Source: Moniliella sp. 'wahieum' (taxonomy: Eukaryota). Taken from it: a stretch of DNA of 50,467 nucleotides. This document shows, piece by piece, positions 50,139 to 50,467 of the stretch (positions are counted from its first letter, which is position 1; each line of letters opens with the position of its first letter). The position numbers and the translations under genes are program-made. The notes beneath the pieces were generated by a model. That model did no database searches and was not told the origin of the DNA. It saw nothing but the letters and a program-made list of their open reading frames with translations. Location: contig RSEE01000155.1 of NCBI GenBank assembly GCA_003971905.1, forward strand, positions 62,001 through 112,467, given 5' to 3'.

Positions 50139-50467
50139 CTTTTTGGCGCAGCCACGACGGGTGGCATCGCGTCTACAGAGTTAACGTTAACCCCACCTGT
50201 CGAGGTACGCAAGCAGAAATGAGACAGATCACCGACGGTCGACAGATGTGCCTGGCAGACCCCATGCGGGGGGGTGTTGCCCGCGCGGGGCAAAGAAGCA
50301 CATGTAAGGCCGTGGCAAACGAAAGCGCGAGGACACGGTAGGGAATAGGCTGGCCGGTCACTAGTAGATGACTAGTCACGCGAGGAGACTCCTGTCGGCA
50401 TGCCAAGTTTCTAGCGAAGCGTCATGCACACTTGATGTGAGTGGCGGCGTTAATCGCGTTAATAAGC

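Overview
Eukaryotic fungal DNA, most likely a basidiomycete (inferred: GC-rich, gene-dense, few short 52-88 nt GT-AG introns with CTRAC/CTRAT branch sites, as in Ustilaginomycotina-like genomes). Left to right it carries: a GH5 exo-beta-1,3-glucanase, a La-motif (Sro9/LARP1-like) protein, QCR2, ATG16, a compact LAS1, a HIRIP3-like protein, SEC17, a two-finger C2H2 factor, PHO85, a GYF-domain (Smy2/GIGYF-like) protein, an Nrc-2/Fpk1-type AGC kinase, a gene-poor lower-GC interval (~28.7-39.5 kb) with a divergent C2H2 protein, VAC14, CHL1, an orphan gene and an intron-containing tRNA-Lys(CTT). Almost every gene is broken by single-base indels, often in short homopolymers. This is best explained as consensus error of an unpolished assembly, so gene coordinates are stitched across frames and ends are approximate. 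I found no CRISPR array, recognisable transposon ORF or biosynthetic cluster, and cannot claim a clearly new system. The most intriguing unexplained signals are recurrent 7-bp-period stutter arrays built on palindromic hexamers in non-coding DNA, a Las1 apparently lacking its central domain, split zinc fingers, an ATG-free candidate transcript at 29-30 kb and a tRNA with a non-canonical D-stem.
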